A stretch of DNA of 41,812 nucleotides, from positions 33,966,967 through 34,008,778 of the forward strand of contig NC_057718.1 of NCBI RefSeq assembly GCF_004010195.1. The letters run 5' to 3'. The notes under the pieces are model-generated. The model did not search any database. It was not told the origin of the DNA and saw nothing but the letters and a program-made list of their open reading frames with translations. Below are positions 1 to 13,189 of this stretch, one piece after another. The DNA is from Chiloscyllium plagiosum (Eukaryota). Made by a program: the position numbers and the translations under genes. Within the stretch, counting starts at the first letter, position 1; each line of letters opens with the position of its first letter.

Positions 1-429
1 TATACAGTACATGTCCATGTCAGAAATCAACTTGACCACAGGAAGTACAACAGCCAAGTCCAGTTCTGTGCTCAGCCAACATCTACGCAAACACACTTTG
101 TCCTCGAGATTATTGGATAACAATTAAAATGTGAAACCTGGCCCGCCTTCCCTTCCCTTCCCTAACCCATGCAAGTTGAGAATCAGTTTGAATGCTTAAG
201 TAATTTATACAGTAACTGTGGAATGTCATGTCATCAACTGAATTCATCCAAAAAAAGCCTGACGTTCCCCCAAATCCAACGTCTGGTGTTTATAAAATGA
301 TTCCAGAATTGTGAACACGGATGTTTTACCCAAAATCTATTCCATTTACTGATCGCTATTTGTGTGAAAATATTCCTTCATTGGTGCGAAATACTCATTT
401 TATTAATTTATACTTGTATCCCTTGTCTA

Positions 430-1230
430 CATTAACCCATGACATTCAATGTGTTACCATCACTGAATCCCCAATCAACATCCATTGGGGACAAGGAGGT
501 GTGTTACCATTCTCCAGAAACTGAACTAGACTAGAACAGTAGGAGGCTTTGAGTGCAGTAAACACAGGCATGGACTGGTTTGGCCAAAAGATTTGTTTCT
601 GCTCCATATGAATGCTCCATGATGATCAGGCATGCAACAGTGATGGAGCTATATTATCATAGATCTGAATAGTAAGAATGTAAGTACGGTGGCTGCAAGA
701 ATAAGTCAGAGGCTAGGAATCCTGTAACAATTAACTCCCCTCCTGACATTCCTAACCCTGTCTGCCATCTGCAAGGCACGAGTTAGAAGTGTCTGGGTGA
801 ATGCAGCCCAAACAACATTATAGAACTTTAATACCATTCAGGACAAAGCCTGCTTGATTGGCACCATATCCACAACACTCATTCCCTCCGGTACCAACAT
901 TTAGTGGCAGCAGTGTTTACCATTTACAAAATGCAACTCCAAAAACCACCAAGGATCCTTAGACAGAACCTACCAAACCCTCAAGTACTTCAATCTAGAC
1001 ACACAAGGGCAGCAGATACATGGAAACACTACCAACTGCAAATACACTCCCAGTGACTTACCATCCTGACTTGGAAACATATTGCTTTTTCTTCAGTGTT
1101 GTTAGGTCAAATCCTGAAATTCCCTCTAGTGGACTGCAGTGGTTCAAGAAGGCATCGCATCACCACCTTCTCGTGGACAACTAGGAATGCTGGCCCAGTC
1201 ATCGATGCACACGTCCCATAAATGAACAAA
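430..1230 (+). mobile_element. Old LINE 3' fragment (CR1/L2-group), interrupted at about 540-670 by a short unrelated tail-like segment
   Basis: Ends in the tail ggactgcagtggttcaagaaggca...caccaccttctc that recurs at 14385 and 32270. The segment gacattcaatgtgttaccatcactgaatcc is similar to 6828-6860. Confidence 0.65.
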
Positions 1231-1319
1231 AAAGCTATCATTAATTTTTCAGTTCTACTTTGCCTGCCAATTGCTATCCAACATAAATCTACAAAATTAC
1301 ATTTTGCTGTCAGAGCCAA

Positions 1320-1500
1320 AAATCCCTTTGTCTCTTTAGAACTGGAACAGTAGTCAAGGTGTGGTCTGAAAAAAAAATTACAGTTCAGTTTGATCTTAAC
1401 TTTTTAATTTTTATTCTACTGTTCTGATTATAAAGTTTTAAAGTTTTCTTGGATTTTGATTGCTGCTCTGTATTGGTTGGATATGTTGAGCACAGAATCA
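1320..1500 (-). mobile_element. Ancient CR1-like remnant, apparently interrupted by the younger CR1 at 1522
   Basis: actggaacagtagtcaaggtgtggtct is the reverse complement of a decayed RPHLEYCVQFW-coding segment. Confidence 0.45.
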
Positions 1501-1521
1501 AGGATTTCCATGTTTATTTGT

Positions 1522-3272
1522 GCCATAGTGTTAAGAGAGGAGCTTGTTAAGTCTGTACAAAAACATTTCCTGATTCAATATGTGGATGTACCTATTAGAG
1601 AAGGTGCAAAACTTAACCACCTCTTGGGAAATAAGGTAGGGCAAGTGACTGAAATGTCAGTGGGAGAGACTTTGGGGCCAATGACCATAATTCTATTAGT
1701 TTTAAAATAGTGATGGAAAACGATAAACTGGATCTAAAACTTAGTTCTAAATTGGAGGAAGGCCAATTTTAACAGTATTCGGCCAAACGTTGATTGGGGA
1801 AGGATATTCACGGGTAAAGAGATGGCTGGAAAATAGGAAGGCTTCAAAAATGAGATAATGGGAGACCAGAGACAGAATGTTTTTGTTATGGTAAACGACA
1901 CGGCTGGTAGGTATAGGGAATGCTGGGTGACGAAAGAAATTGAGGTTTTCATCAAGAAAATAAAGGAAGCATATGTCAGGAATAGACAGTATAGATCGAG
2001 TGAATCCTTAGAAGAGTATAAAGACAGTAGGGGTATACTTAAGAGGGAAATCAAGAGGGCAAAAAGAGGCCATGAGATAGCTTTGGCAAATAGGGTTAAG
2101 GAGAATCCAAAAGGATTTTATAGATACATTAAGGTCAAAAAGGTAAAGAGGGAGAGAATAGGGCCCCTCAAAAATCAGCAAGGCTGCCTGTGTGTGGAAC
2201 TGCAGGCGATGGGGGCGATACTAAATGAATATTTTGCATCAGTGATTACTGTGGAGAAGGACATGGAAGAAATAGACTGTGGGGAAATAGATAGTGACAT
2301 CTTAAAAAAATGTCCATATTCCAGAGGAGGTGGTATTGGATGTCTTAAAATGTATAAAGGTGGATAAATTCCCAGGACCTGATCAGTTGGAGTCCAGAAC
2401 TCAGTGGGAAGCTAGGGAAGTGATTGCTGGGCCCCTTGCTGAGATATTTGTATCATCAATAGTCACAGGTGAGGTGCCGGAAGACTGGAAATTGGGTAAT
2501 GTGGTGCCATTGTTTAAGAAAGGTGGTAAGGAAAAGCCAGGGAACTATAGACCGGTGAGCCTGACATCAGTTATGGGCACTTTGTTGGAAGGAATCCTGA
2601 GGGACAGAATTAACATGTATTTGGAAAGGCAAGGACTGATTAGGGATAGTCAACATGGCTTTGTGCATGGGAAGTCATGTGCCACTAACTTGATTGTGGA
2701 CATGATCTGTATGGACTTGTAAGGCATTCAACGAGGTTCCTCATGATAGATGGTTAGCAAGGTTAGATCACATGGACTACAGGAACAACTAGCCATTTGG
2801 TTACAGAACTGGCTCAAATATTGAAGACAGGGTGGTGATAGAGGGTTGCTTTTCAGATTGGATGCCTGCAACCAGTAGTGAGCCACAAAGATCTGTGCTA
2901 GACCCACTGCTTTTTGTCTTTTGTATAAATGATTTGAATGTGAACATGGGAGGTATAGTTAGTAAGTTTGCAGATGATACCAAAATTGGAGGTATAGTGG
3001 ACAGCAAAGAAGATTACCTCCGAGTACAACGGGATCTTGATCAGATGAGCCAATGGGCTGAGGAGCGGCAGATGGAGTTTAATTTAGATAAATGTGAGGT
3101 GCTGCATTTTGAAAAGGCAAATCAGGGCAGGACTTATACACTTAATGGTTAAGGTCTTGAGGAGTGTTGCTGATGAAAGAGACCTTGGAATGCAGATTCA
3201 AAGTTCCTTGAAAGTGGAGTTGCAGTTAAATTGGATACTGAAGAAGATGTTTGGTATGCTTTCCTTTACTGG
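1522..3272 (+). mobile_element. CR1 LINE ORF2 fragment (end of endonuclease, tether, RT), frameshifted
   Basis: ORF track: FLIQYVDVPIREGAKL, KENPKGFYRYIK, VPEDWKLGNVVPLFKKGGKEKPGNYRPVSLTS, QHGFVHGKSCATNL, SKFADDTKIGG, MEFNLDKCEVLHF. Confidence 0.95.
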
Positions 3273-4344
3273 TTTTGTATCAGGTACAAATTAACTAAAT
3301 TTGCTTTAAATGTTCAATTCAAATTAGAAATTGTAGTGACCTCAACATGAATGCATAAGACACTTCTCCAACATCATTGCTTGACTTTTCCATTAAATAC
3401 TGTCATTTAAACTTGGGAACACAAATCAGCACAGACTAAGGATTGAACCAAAGAGCTTCCTTATTTTTCCAGGTAAACCTTTAAGGAGACAAGCCTTTAA
3501 ACAACCATGTTGTCAGGGAACCCAGGGAAGACCTTAACAAATTAGTTGATTATTTAAAGACTGCTTTTCTTTCTACCATGAATAATTATTTTTCAAATTA
3601 GGTGGAGCTGCTATGATCTCCAGAGCAAATTGGTGTGGAAACCATTAACTGTGATATATCAAATGGGAAAGAAATATTTTGATTATATTAATACATTTGA
3701 ATGCCGTTGATCCACTGGGTGAGCCATTGCCCACAGTGTCAGTCAATACTATGAAATTAAAATAATTAGTAAAATGATATTGGTATAAAATTGAAGGGAA
3801 AATGTGACCTTGGTGAGCGAAGTATCGAATAGCTTGATCTTATTGTTCAACGCTTCATAATTTTTATCTCCTGTCAACTTAATTAATTTACATTCTTAGG
3901 AAGGAGCTAAATAAACAATTTTGAGAGACTGCAGCATTTTGCTAAGCTAAAATGGTGCTTTCCACTCTGTTTGCAACCGGTTGCTTTCAGCATTAAAAAA
4001 GGCCTCTCCCAACTTCTCTCATGATTCCCCAGAGGCCTCACCATGGGCCACATCATTCAGGTCCAGATTCTGCTCAATTTTTTTTTTAGATTAAAAAAAA
4101 ATTGAGCTTAGATTGATTTATTGTTTATACTCTGTTTTGGTGAAGTCCTAGTGACAGAGGGCAAATGGAAAATTGTATTAGCACCTTATTTAATGTGAAC
4201 GTAAGGTACTTGTATTTACAGACTTGAGGTATAGTTACAATTATATTAGAAAGTTAACCAATTTGCAACAGCAAGATTCATAAATAAATATAAATATACC
4301 CTGATAAGAACATTTTTAGGGGGAATTGAAGAATTTTTAGGACA

Positions 4345-4412
4345 ATCCCTACAGTGTAAAAACAGGCCATTTGGCCTATCAAGTCTGCGCCATCCCTTCG
4401 AAGAGCATCCCT
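4345..4412 (-). mobile_element. Isolated HE1-SINE/CR1-type 3' tail fragment
   Basis: aatccctacagtgtaaaaacaggccatttggcc resembles the tails of the SINEs at 16124 and 26014. Confidence 0.55.
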
Positions 4413-4794
4413 TAACTCATCCACATTATTCTGCTTGCTGCAGATACATCTGTCCACGCCAGGGTCAATAGAAAGAACTCCCATACAGACTTGGGGAAGA
4501 CAAAATCTAGTCTTCAAACTGAGAATACCATCCATCATGCTGTGATACCTATAAAGAGCTGGGTCAGAGTTTCTTGGTGCTCCTGTACTCTGTGTGATAG
4601 CTCAAAGTATTCTTCCAACTTCCTGCTCTACAGCAACACTCTGCACATGGAGATTCCTCTGAGCTATCATACAGACCACCAAGGAGAGTCTTAAAACTAA
4701 ACTAAAAGGGATGAGAGAACCAGAAAAGAGTTTTTCAGATTAGGGTACAAAATACTATGAGAGATAGAGAGCACTAAAATTCAGAATAGTAAGT

Positions 4795-5515
4795 CAATGT
4801 GGGAAAGTCTGATGTCATGCACTTTGGTAGGAAAAATGGAGCCATGGACTATTTTCTAAATGGAGAGAAAATTCAGAAATCTGGAGTATAAAGGTGCTTT
4901 GGAGTCCTAGTCCAGGATTCTCTTAAGGTAAACTTGCAGGTTGAGTCGGTAATTAGGAAGGCAAATACAATGTTGTCATTCATCTTGAGAGGACTAGAAT
5001 ATATAAGCAGGGATGTATTCCTGAGGCTTTATAAGGTTCTGGTCAGACCACATTTAGAGTATTGTGAACAATTTTGGGCCCATTCCTCAAGAAGGATATA
5101 TTGGCCCTGGAACTTGTCCCAGGAATGATCCCCAGAATGAAAGGTTTAACATCTGAGGAAAGTTTGAGGACTCTGGGACTGTACTCGATGGAGTTTAGAA
5201 AGATATGGGGGAATCTGATTGAAATACACAGGATACTGGATAACCTGGACAGAGTGGTCGTTGGGAAGATGTTTCCATTGGCAGGAGAGACTAGGACCCG
5301 AGGGCACAGTTTTAGAGTAAAGGCAAGACCCTTTAGAGCAGAGATAAGGAGAAACTTCTTAGCTAGAGAGTGGAGAATCTGAGGTCTATGATTGAGGGTT
5401 ATGGAGAAAAGGCAGGAAAGTGGGAATTGAGGATTGTCAGATCAGTCATGATCTCGTTAAGTGGTTGAGTAGATGAGCCAAATGGCCTATTTCTGCTCTA
5501 ATGTCTTACAGTCTT
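4795..5515 (+). mobile_element. CR1 LINE 3' end, 5'-truncated
   Basis: LRLYKVLVRPHLEYCEQFWA and ETRTRGHSFRVK in the ORF track, followed by a CR1-type 3' UTR ending in aatggcctatttctgctctaatgtctta. Confidence 0.9.
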
Positions 5516-5529
5516 AAGGGTAATCAATA

Positions 5530-5722
5530 AGGGACAGAACACTGGGACAACGTTCCTTCTCTTCTTTCCAAGGGATCTTCTGGTTTCGTCTGATAAAGCA
5601 GAACTGGCTAAGCAGGACCTTGGTTTAAGATTTCATCCAAAAATCAGTTTCTGTGATATTGCAGCACTCTTCACTGAAGTACCATCCTGGATTAGATGGT
5701 CAAAACTTGAGAATGGGCTTAG
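5530..5722 (-). mobile_element. Deu-domain SINE fragment (SacSINE1/AmnSINE1-like)
   Basis: ggaccttggtttaagatttcatccaaaa...gcagcactc matches the recalled reverse-strand Deu-domain core (GGGCCTCGGTTTAACGTCTCATCCGAAAG...TGCAGCACTCC). Confidence 0.6.
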
Positions 5723-6419
5723 GGTTAATTTAAGCAAGATTTCTAACACCAATTAGCAACAAAACCCATCAAATCAGTATCTGTTAGCACAGAGCGTTTA
5801 AAAAACAAATGTGCCCATGAGAGTGACAGGGATATTGTAACGTAGTTTTGGCACAGAAGAGAAGCAATTATTGTGCTAGTGTGATATTTCCATTTTGTAG
5901 ACCAGTCAGCCTGTGTCTTAAGTATAATTACTGATCGTTTTCAGTTTGAAGTGTATCGGCTTTTGGCTAGAACTGAGATTGAGAAGCTCCAGACTCATTT
6001 TTCTTGGAACCCTTAATTCTACTACAAAAAGAATTTTTACCCCATTATTTGGTCTGAATTAAAGCACTGGTTTTAGAGATGAATAAGCAGTATGATAGAT
6101 TCAAGTACCATCTGTTTCAACAACTTCTTGTCAGTATGAGCAGAACTAAATTATAAATTAAAATAATAGCAGCAATGTCTACACTATTATATGGTATTGT
6201 ACTAATGTTTCTAAATGAAAGCTTGCTGAAACCTGTGTGTACAATCACTTTCAACTGTTTGCATTTACTTCCCTCCATAGTTCCTATGGAATCTGTGAAC
6301 ATTAGTCTATATTACATTTAGCTAGAAAACACAATCACATCAAAGTTTTCCAAAATGCTAACCAGATGGTATGATGCAATAGAGCTCCAACATGTGGCAC
6401 ATATGGTGGACAATTAAAC

Positions 6420-6890
6420 AACTCACTGGAGGAGGAGGCTGCACAAATATTCCCAGTCGTAATAATAGGGAAGCCCTATGGTGGGGTAGGGATGGGGTGT
6501 GTGTGATTTCTAATGCCAAGAGTCTTATCTACCACAAAGGAAGATAGTTGCAATGTAGCCATCTCAGTGTCAGGCCACCTGTGCAGGAGTTTCTGAGGGG
6601 AGTGTCCTAGGCCCATTCATCTTCAGCTGTGTCATCAATGACCTTCTCTCCATCATAGGGTTGGAAGTATAGGTGTACAATCATCAATGAGCAATGTTTA
6701 GCACCACTCGTGACTCTTCTTGCAGCAACAGCCTTTCAGTATCTAGGTTTGGCTGACAAGTGGAAAGTGAAATAATGCTACACAAGTACCAGGCAAGGAC
6801 CAAAGGAGAATCTAACCATTTCCCCTTGACATTCATTGGCATTGCCATCACTGAAAGTCTCAATTTAAACATCCTAAGGGTTACCACTTT
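6420..6890 (+). mobile_element. Old LINE RT fragment, same family as 430-1230
   Basis: gcaggagtttctgaggggagtgtcctaggcccattcatcttcagctgtgtcatcaatgaccttctctcc encodes AGVSEGSVLGPFIFSCVINDLLS, a decayed GVPQGSVLGP RT motif. Confidence 0.7.
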
Positions 6891-7014
6891 GGTAAACACG
6901 TTGATGGGATATACATTTGTGCCCATGAATCTCCATGTGCAGAGTGTTACTGTAGAGCAGGAAGTTGGAAGAATACTCTGAGCTATCACACAGGGTTTAT
7001 GCAAAATTAACACT

Positions 7015-7334
7015 GTGGTGGCACGGTGGCTCAGTGATTAGCACTGCTGCGTCACAGCACCAGGTACCCGGATTCAATTCCAGCCTTGGGCAGCCGTCTA
7101 TGTGGAATTTGCACATTCTCCCATGTCTGTGTGGGTTTCCTCTGGGTGCTGCGGTTTCCTCCCTCAATCCAAAAATGTGCAGGTCAGGTGAATTGTCCAT
7201 GCTAAATTGCCCATAGTGCTAGGTGCATTAATCAGGGGTAAATGTAGGGCAATGGGTCTGGGTAGGTTACTCTTCGGAGGGTCGGTGTGGATATGTTGGG
7301 CCAAATGGGCCACACTGTAGGGAGTCTAATCTAA
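7015..7334 (+). mobile_element. HE1-type tRNA-derived V-SINE
   Basis: tRNA-like head with A box (tggctcagtga) and B box (gattcaattcc), V-domain core tttgcacattctcccatgtctgtgtgggtttcctc, tail ending tctaatctaa. Confidence 0.9.
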
Positions 7335-8066
7335 ATTCGTAAGCAAGTGCAACTAATGAGAAAACTTGAAGACTTATTGGCAGACACAAAGAGTTTCTGC
7401 CAAAAGTCTCAATCAGGACATCAATCAAGTCAAACTTGACATAACAACACCAAAGAGGGACTGGAGAAAATACACAAATAAACGAAAGAGGAAGAGGTCT
7501 CTCCCTCAACAAAATTCTCATTTTTGGTCTGTTCTATTTCCCCTGCGAAGGGCAGAAGTCTGTTTTACATCATTCAAGTTCTGTGTTCACTTTCAGTTCC
7601 CTAAATTCTGTTGACTTCGCCACAAACTATGAGGAGAGGTGAAAGCTATCATATTTAATGGTTGTCCTCCACCTCTGACAGCGGTATTTTTAGAATCACA
7701 TTAATAACCTTCAAAACCTTTTTTTTTCAAAATTAAGTCGTGGATAAATTATCAGTGCATTTCTGCCATCAATTTTGGGCTTATTAGTTGTAACTTTTGA
7801 TTATGTTAATCTCTTGGGTCAAGCTTGCTATGCATGATCAAAGTTATAATCAGTAGTTTCTTTTGCGTGGATAGTATTATGCAGAAACTTGAGAGGGAAA
7901 CGATCAAGATTGTTGATGTAAATAAACGTCCTGGACCGGCAAAATACTATTTGGAAGTTGAAACTGTTTAAATGTGTTTAATCTCAGAATATGTAAACTG
8001 CTTGGGATCTAAAGAATAGTTACACAACTCTAGCATCCATGTCAACTGCACTTTCCTGTCTTTCTT

Positions 8067-8156
8067 CTGCTCCTTTGATGCTGCCTGACCTGCTGCACTT
8101 TTCCAGCAACACATTTTTAAGCTCTGATCTCCAGCATCTACAGTCCTCACTTCCCC
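8067..8156 (+). mobile_element. Penelope-like terminal-repeat (pLTR) fragment lacking the ribozyme core
   Basis: ctgctcctttgatgctgcctgacctgctgcacttttccagca...tctccagcatctacagtcctcactt is homologous to 15833-15996 and 41153-41279. Confidence 0.7.
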
Positions 8157-8415
8157 CATAGCCCTTGATTTGTTGATCAAAAATTTATGTAAAACATCTT
8201 TCAATGTATTCAGTGATCAAGATGCTTGCACTGTAGCACTATATCATGGCATTCTAGACCCACCACCAAAACTGTGAATCAGTATCCATTGAACTTATGA
8301 ACTTAGCAATTCATGTAGTTGAGCTCAGCTTTATTTCATGAGACTATATATACCCAAACAGATGGAGTTGCTATGGTAACTCTGTAAGACCCAGCTCTCT
8401 CAAACATCTAGTTGG

Positions 8416-10778
8416 ATAGATAGATAGAACAGTACAGCACAGAACAGGCCCTTCAGCCCACGATGTTGTGCCGACCTTTGATCCTCATGTAAGGTAATCC
8501 TAATGTACAAACCCTTAAATTTCTGTGACCATATGCATGTCCAGCAGTCTCTTAAATATCCCCAATAACCTCACTTCCACAACTGCTGCTGGCAACGCAT
8601 TCTGTGCTCTCACAACTCTCTGCGTAAAGAATCTGCCTCTGACATCCCCTCTATACTTTCTGCCAAACAGCTTAAAACTATGACCCCTCGTGTTAACAAT
8701 TTCTGCCCTGGGAAAAAGTTTCTGGCTATCAACTCTATCTATGCCTCTCATTATCTTATACACCTCAATTAGGTCCCCTCTCTTCCTTTTTTCCAATGAA
8801 AAAAGTCCGATCTCAGTCAACCTCTCTTCGTAAGATAAGCCCTCCATTCCAGGCAGCATCCTGATAAACCTCCTCTGAACCCTCTGCAAAGCATCCACAT
8901 GCTTCCTATATTAGGGCGACCAGAACTGGACACAGTATTCCAAGTGCGGTCTAACCAAAGTTTTATAGAGCTGCAACAAGATCTCACGGCTCTTAAACTC
9001 AATCCCCCTGTTAATGAAAGCCAAAACACCACATGCTTTCTTAAAAACCCTGTCCACCTGAGTGGCAATTTTAAGGGATCTATGTATCTGCACACCAAGA
9101 TCCCGCTGTTCCTCCACACTGCCAAGAATCCTGTCTTTAATCCTGTACTCAACTTTCAAGTTCGACCTTCCAAAATGCATCACTTCGCATTTATCCAGAT
9201 TGAACTCCATCTGCCACCTCTCAGCTCATCTCTGCATCCTGTCAATGTCCCGCTGCAGCCTACAACAGTCCTCTATACTGTCAACGACCCCTCAAACCTT
9301 TGTGTCGTCTGCAAACTTGCTGACCCATCCTTCAATCTCCTCATCCAAGTCATTAATAAAAATTACAAAGAATAGAAGCCCAAGAACAGAGCCCTGTGGA
9401 ACACCATTTGCCACTGACTTCCAGGCAGAATATTTTCCTTCCACTACCACTCGCTGTATTCTGTCGACCAGCCAATTCTGTATTCAGACAGCTAAATTTC
9501 CCTGTATCCCATTCCTCCTGACCTTCTGAACAAGCCTACCATGGGGAACCTTATCAAATGCCTTACTGAAGTCCACATACACCACATCCACCGCTCGACC
9601 CTCATCAACTTGTCTAGTAGCATCCTCAAAGAACTTAATAAGATTTGTGAGGCATGACCTGCCCCTCACAAAGCCGTGCTGACTGCCTTTAATCAAGCCA
9701 TGCTCTTCCAGATGGTCATAAATCCAATCCCTCAGAATCCTTTCTAACACCTTGCAGACGACAGACGTGAGACTGACTGGTCTGTAATTACCGGGGATTT
9801 CCCAATTCCTTTCTTGAAGAGAGGAATTACATTTGCCTCCCTCCAGTCCTCAGGTACGACTCCGGTGGAGAGCGAGGATGCAAAGATCTTCGCAAGCGGC
9901 GAAGCAATCATATTTCTCACTTCCCAAAGCAGCCAAGGACAAATCTGGTCTGGCCCTGGTGACTTGTCAATCTTAATGTTTGTCAAAATTTTCAACACAT
10001 CAGCTTTCTCAAACTCTATCTGTTCCAGCATGCTTACCTGCTCCTCAATGGTTTAATTCACTACAAGGACCTTTTTAGTAAAGACAGAAGCAAAAAACTC
10101 ATTTAGGGCTTTCCCTACCTCCTCAGACTCTCTACACAAATTCCCTATGCTATCCCTGATCGGCCCTACTCTTTTTTTGATCATTCTCTTATTCCTCACA
10201 TACGNNNNNNNNNNNNNNNNNNNNNNNNNNNNNNNNNNNNNNNNNNNNNNNNNNNNNNNNNNNNNNNNNNNNNNNNNNNNNNNNNNNNNNNNNNNTTTTG
10301 AGCTCCTTCCTCGCCTGCCTGTAATCCTCTAGAGCTGAGCAAGACCCTTGCTCCCTCCACCTTACGTAAGCTGCCTTTTTTCTTTTGACGAGAAGCTCCT
10401 CCGCTGTCATCATCCAAGGTTCTTTTATCTTACCCCTTCTTGCCTGTCTCAGAGGAACACATTTGTGCATCACTCGCAACATTTGTTCCTTAAACAGTCT
10501 CCACATGTCTATAGTGCCCTTTCCATGGAACAATTGCTCCCAGCCCATGCTTCCCAACTCATGTCTGATAGCATCATAGTTTCCTTTTCCCCAATTAAAT
10601 GTCCTCCCATTGTGCCTGCTTCTCTCCTTCTCCATAGCTATGTAGAATGTGAGGCAGTTGTGGTCACTATCATCAAAATGCTCTCCCACCGCAAGATCTG
10701 ACACCTGACCCAGCTCATTGCCGAGCACCAAATCCAAAATGGCCTCTCCCCCCCGTCAGCCTGTCAATTTACTGAGTT
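8416..10778 (-). mobile_element. CR1 LINE, 5'-truncated, relatively well preserved (contains the 91-N gap)
   Basis: Minus-strand ORFs DLVLGNELGQV...DSDHN, KSPGPDQI, QHGFVRGRSCLTNL...DFSKAFDKVPH, LYKTLVRPHLEYCVQFWSP, TRGHSFKL. The 3' end terminates in a short (TCTA)n repeat at 8416-8428. Confidence 0.95.
10205..10295. other. Assembly gap (91 N)
   Basis: Run of N. Confidence 1.
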
Positions 10779-11439
10779 TGTTGGGTTCGATGAGAAATGG
10801 GCCTTCATTGGAATGGCACCTAACCTCCATACCCTTTGCATATTTACAAAGTATAGATTATTAGTTTGCTATATTTGAAAATTGTATGAATTTTCTTTAA
10901 TGTCGTATTAATTCCATCCTGCCTCCAGTTTTGAAGTGGAACAGCCATACGAGTCTCTTTTATCTATTTCCTAGTTGAGAATTTGATCGGTGGTTCTCTC
11001 CTACTGTCCAATGCAAACTTGCCTTCGGTGGTCAATACAGATAATGGGATTCCTACAGTTTCACTTGCTGTAAGATTAGCCTTGTTGACAACTGTGTAAA
11101 TAGGTTCTGAGCTATTTGTTCACCGTGCAAGCTTGATGTTGGAATAGGGCACATCTGAGTCAGCCAGCAGGATAATGGCTACTGTCACCAGATCATTTTC
11201 AATGTATACCATACAATATTACAAACAGACCTGACTGCAGTCTAATGTGTGTTCATTCTACCTCAGATTACACTGAAAGAGGAAGGTCTCACAAAAGTTT
11301 GAGCAACAGATGAATCTTATTGTTTCAAGCCACTGCTGTGCAGTAACAACAAGTAGTGTTTGCTATTAACGAGATGCCATCAAGGTGAAAAGATTTTTTT
11401 CCTATTGTACAAATGAGAAATGTAGTTTGAGAATTTACC

Positions 11440-12686
11440 CTGCCTCCTTGTCGGGTACATGGAACAGTCCGTTGTCCTCAGCTACACCGGCATCATGCCC
11501 GACTTTTTCCTCCACTGTATCGATGACTGTATCGACGTTACCTCGTGCTCCCATTAGGAGGTTGAACAGTTCATCAAAGTCACTAATCCCTTTCACCTCA
11601 ACCTCAAATTCACCTGGACAATCTCAGACACCTCCCTCCCCTTCCTGGACCTGTCGATCTCCAGCAACTGACTAATCATGGACATCTAGTACAAATCCAC
11701 CGACTCCTACAAATACCTGGGCTATGCTCCTCTCACCCTGTCTCCTGTAAAAATACCATCCCTCATTCCCAATTCCTCTGCCTCCACCACATCTGTTCCC
11801 AGGATGACCAATTCCAGCATAGAAAATCCCAGATGGCCTCCTTCAAAGACCGCAAATTTCTCTCCCACGTGGTCGATAATGTGGTTCAGCACATCTCCTC
11901 CATTTCCCGCACCTCTGCCCTTGAACCCCACCCTTCCCAACCCAACAAGGACAAAACCCCTCCCCAGGTCCTCACCTTCCACCCCACCAAGCTCTGTATG
12001 CATCGCATCATTCACCGCCACTTCCACCATCTACAACCAGACCCCACCATTAGGGATATATTTCCCTCCCCACCCCTATTTGTATTTCGGAGAGATTATT
12101 CCCTCCGTGATGCCCTTATCAGATCCACGACCCCCCACCAGCCCAAACCTTGCTCCTGCCACCTTCCCCTGCCACCACAAGAAGTGCAAAACGTGCACCC
12201 ACATCTCACCTCCATCCAAGGCCCCAAAGGATCTTTCACACCTGACAGAAATGTACCTGTACATGCTCAAATGTCATCTACTGTACCAATTACACCCGAT
12301 GTGGTCTCCTCTACATTGAGGAGACAGGATGCCAACTTGTAGATCGTTTCAGAGAACATCTCTGGGACATCCGTACCAATCAACATGACTGCCCCATGGC
12401 TGAACACTTCAACTCCCCCTCCCACTCCACCAAGGGCATGCAGGTCCTAGGCCTCCTCCATCGCCAAACCCGAACCACCTGGAGGAAGAACACCTCATCT
12501 TCTGCCTTGGGACCCTGCAACCACATGGGATTAATGTGAATTTTACCAGTTTTCTCATTTCCTCTGCCCCAACCTTATCCCAGTCCCAAGCTTCCAACTC
12601 GGCACCGCCCTCTTGATCTGTCTATTGTCTTTCTCATCTATCCGCTCCATCCTCCTGTCCGACCTATCACCTTCTCCCCCACCTTC
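11440..12686 (+). mobile_element. Penelope-like element: RT C-terminal half, thumb and GIY-YIG endonuclease, decayed; 3' end lost in gap
   Basis: VGYMEQS...HCIDDCI (decayed RYIDD), PFLDL, IPHSQFLCLHHICS, and at about 12255-12365 TCTCSNVIYCTNYTRCGLLYIEETGCQLVDRFREHL, a GIY-YIG signature of PLEs. Confidence 0.9.
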
Positions 12687-13186
12687 NNNNNNNNNNNNNN
12701 NNNNNNNNNNNNNNNNNNNNNNNNNNNNNNNNNNNNNNNNNNNNNNNNNNNNNNNNNNNNNNNNNNNNNNNNNNNNNNNNNNNNNNNNNNNNNNNNNNNN
12801 NNNNNNNNNNNNNNNNNNNNNNNNNNNNNNNNNNNNNNNNNNNNNNNNNNNNNNNNNNNNNNNNNNNNNNNNNNNNNNNNNNNNNNNNNNNNNNNNNNNN
12901 NNNNNNNNNNNNNNNNNNNNNNNNNNNNNNNNNNNNNNNNNNNNNNNNNNNNNNNNNNNNNNNNNNNNNNNNNNNNNNNNNNNNNNNNNNNNNNNNNNNN
13001 NNNNNNNNNNNNNNNNNNNNNNNNNNNNNNNNNNNNNNNNNNNNNNNNNNNNNNNNNNNNNNNNNNNNNNNNNNNNNNNNNNNNNNNNNNNNNNNNNNNN
13101 NNNNNNNNNNNNNNNNNNNNNNNNNNNNNNNNNNNNNNNNNNNNNNNNNNNNNNNNNNNNNNNNNNNNNNNNNNNNNNNNNNNNNN
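12687..13186. other. Assembly gap (500 N)
   Basis: Run of exactly 500 N, likely a placeholder size. Confidence 1.
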
Positions 13187-13189
13187 GTA

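Noticed and set aside
3170..3200. CTGATGA suggesting another hammerhead
   Set aside because: No helix II or GAAA follows; it is ordinary CR1 ORF2 sequence.
7015..7095. tRNA-like sequence with A and B boxes (also in the other HE1 copies)
   Set aside because: These are SINE heads continuing into the V-domain and LINE tail, not tRNA genes.
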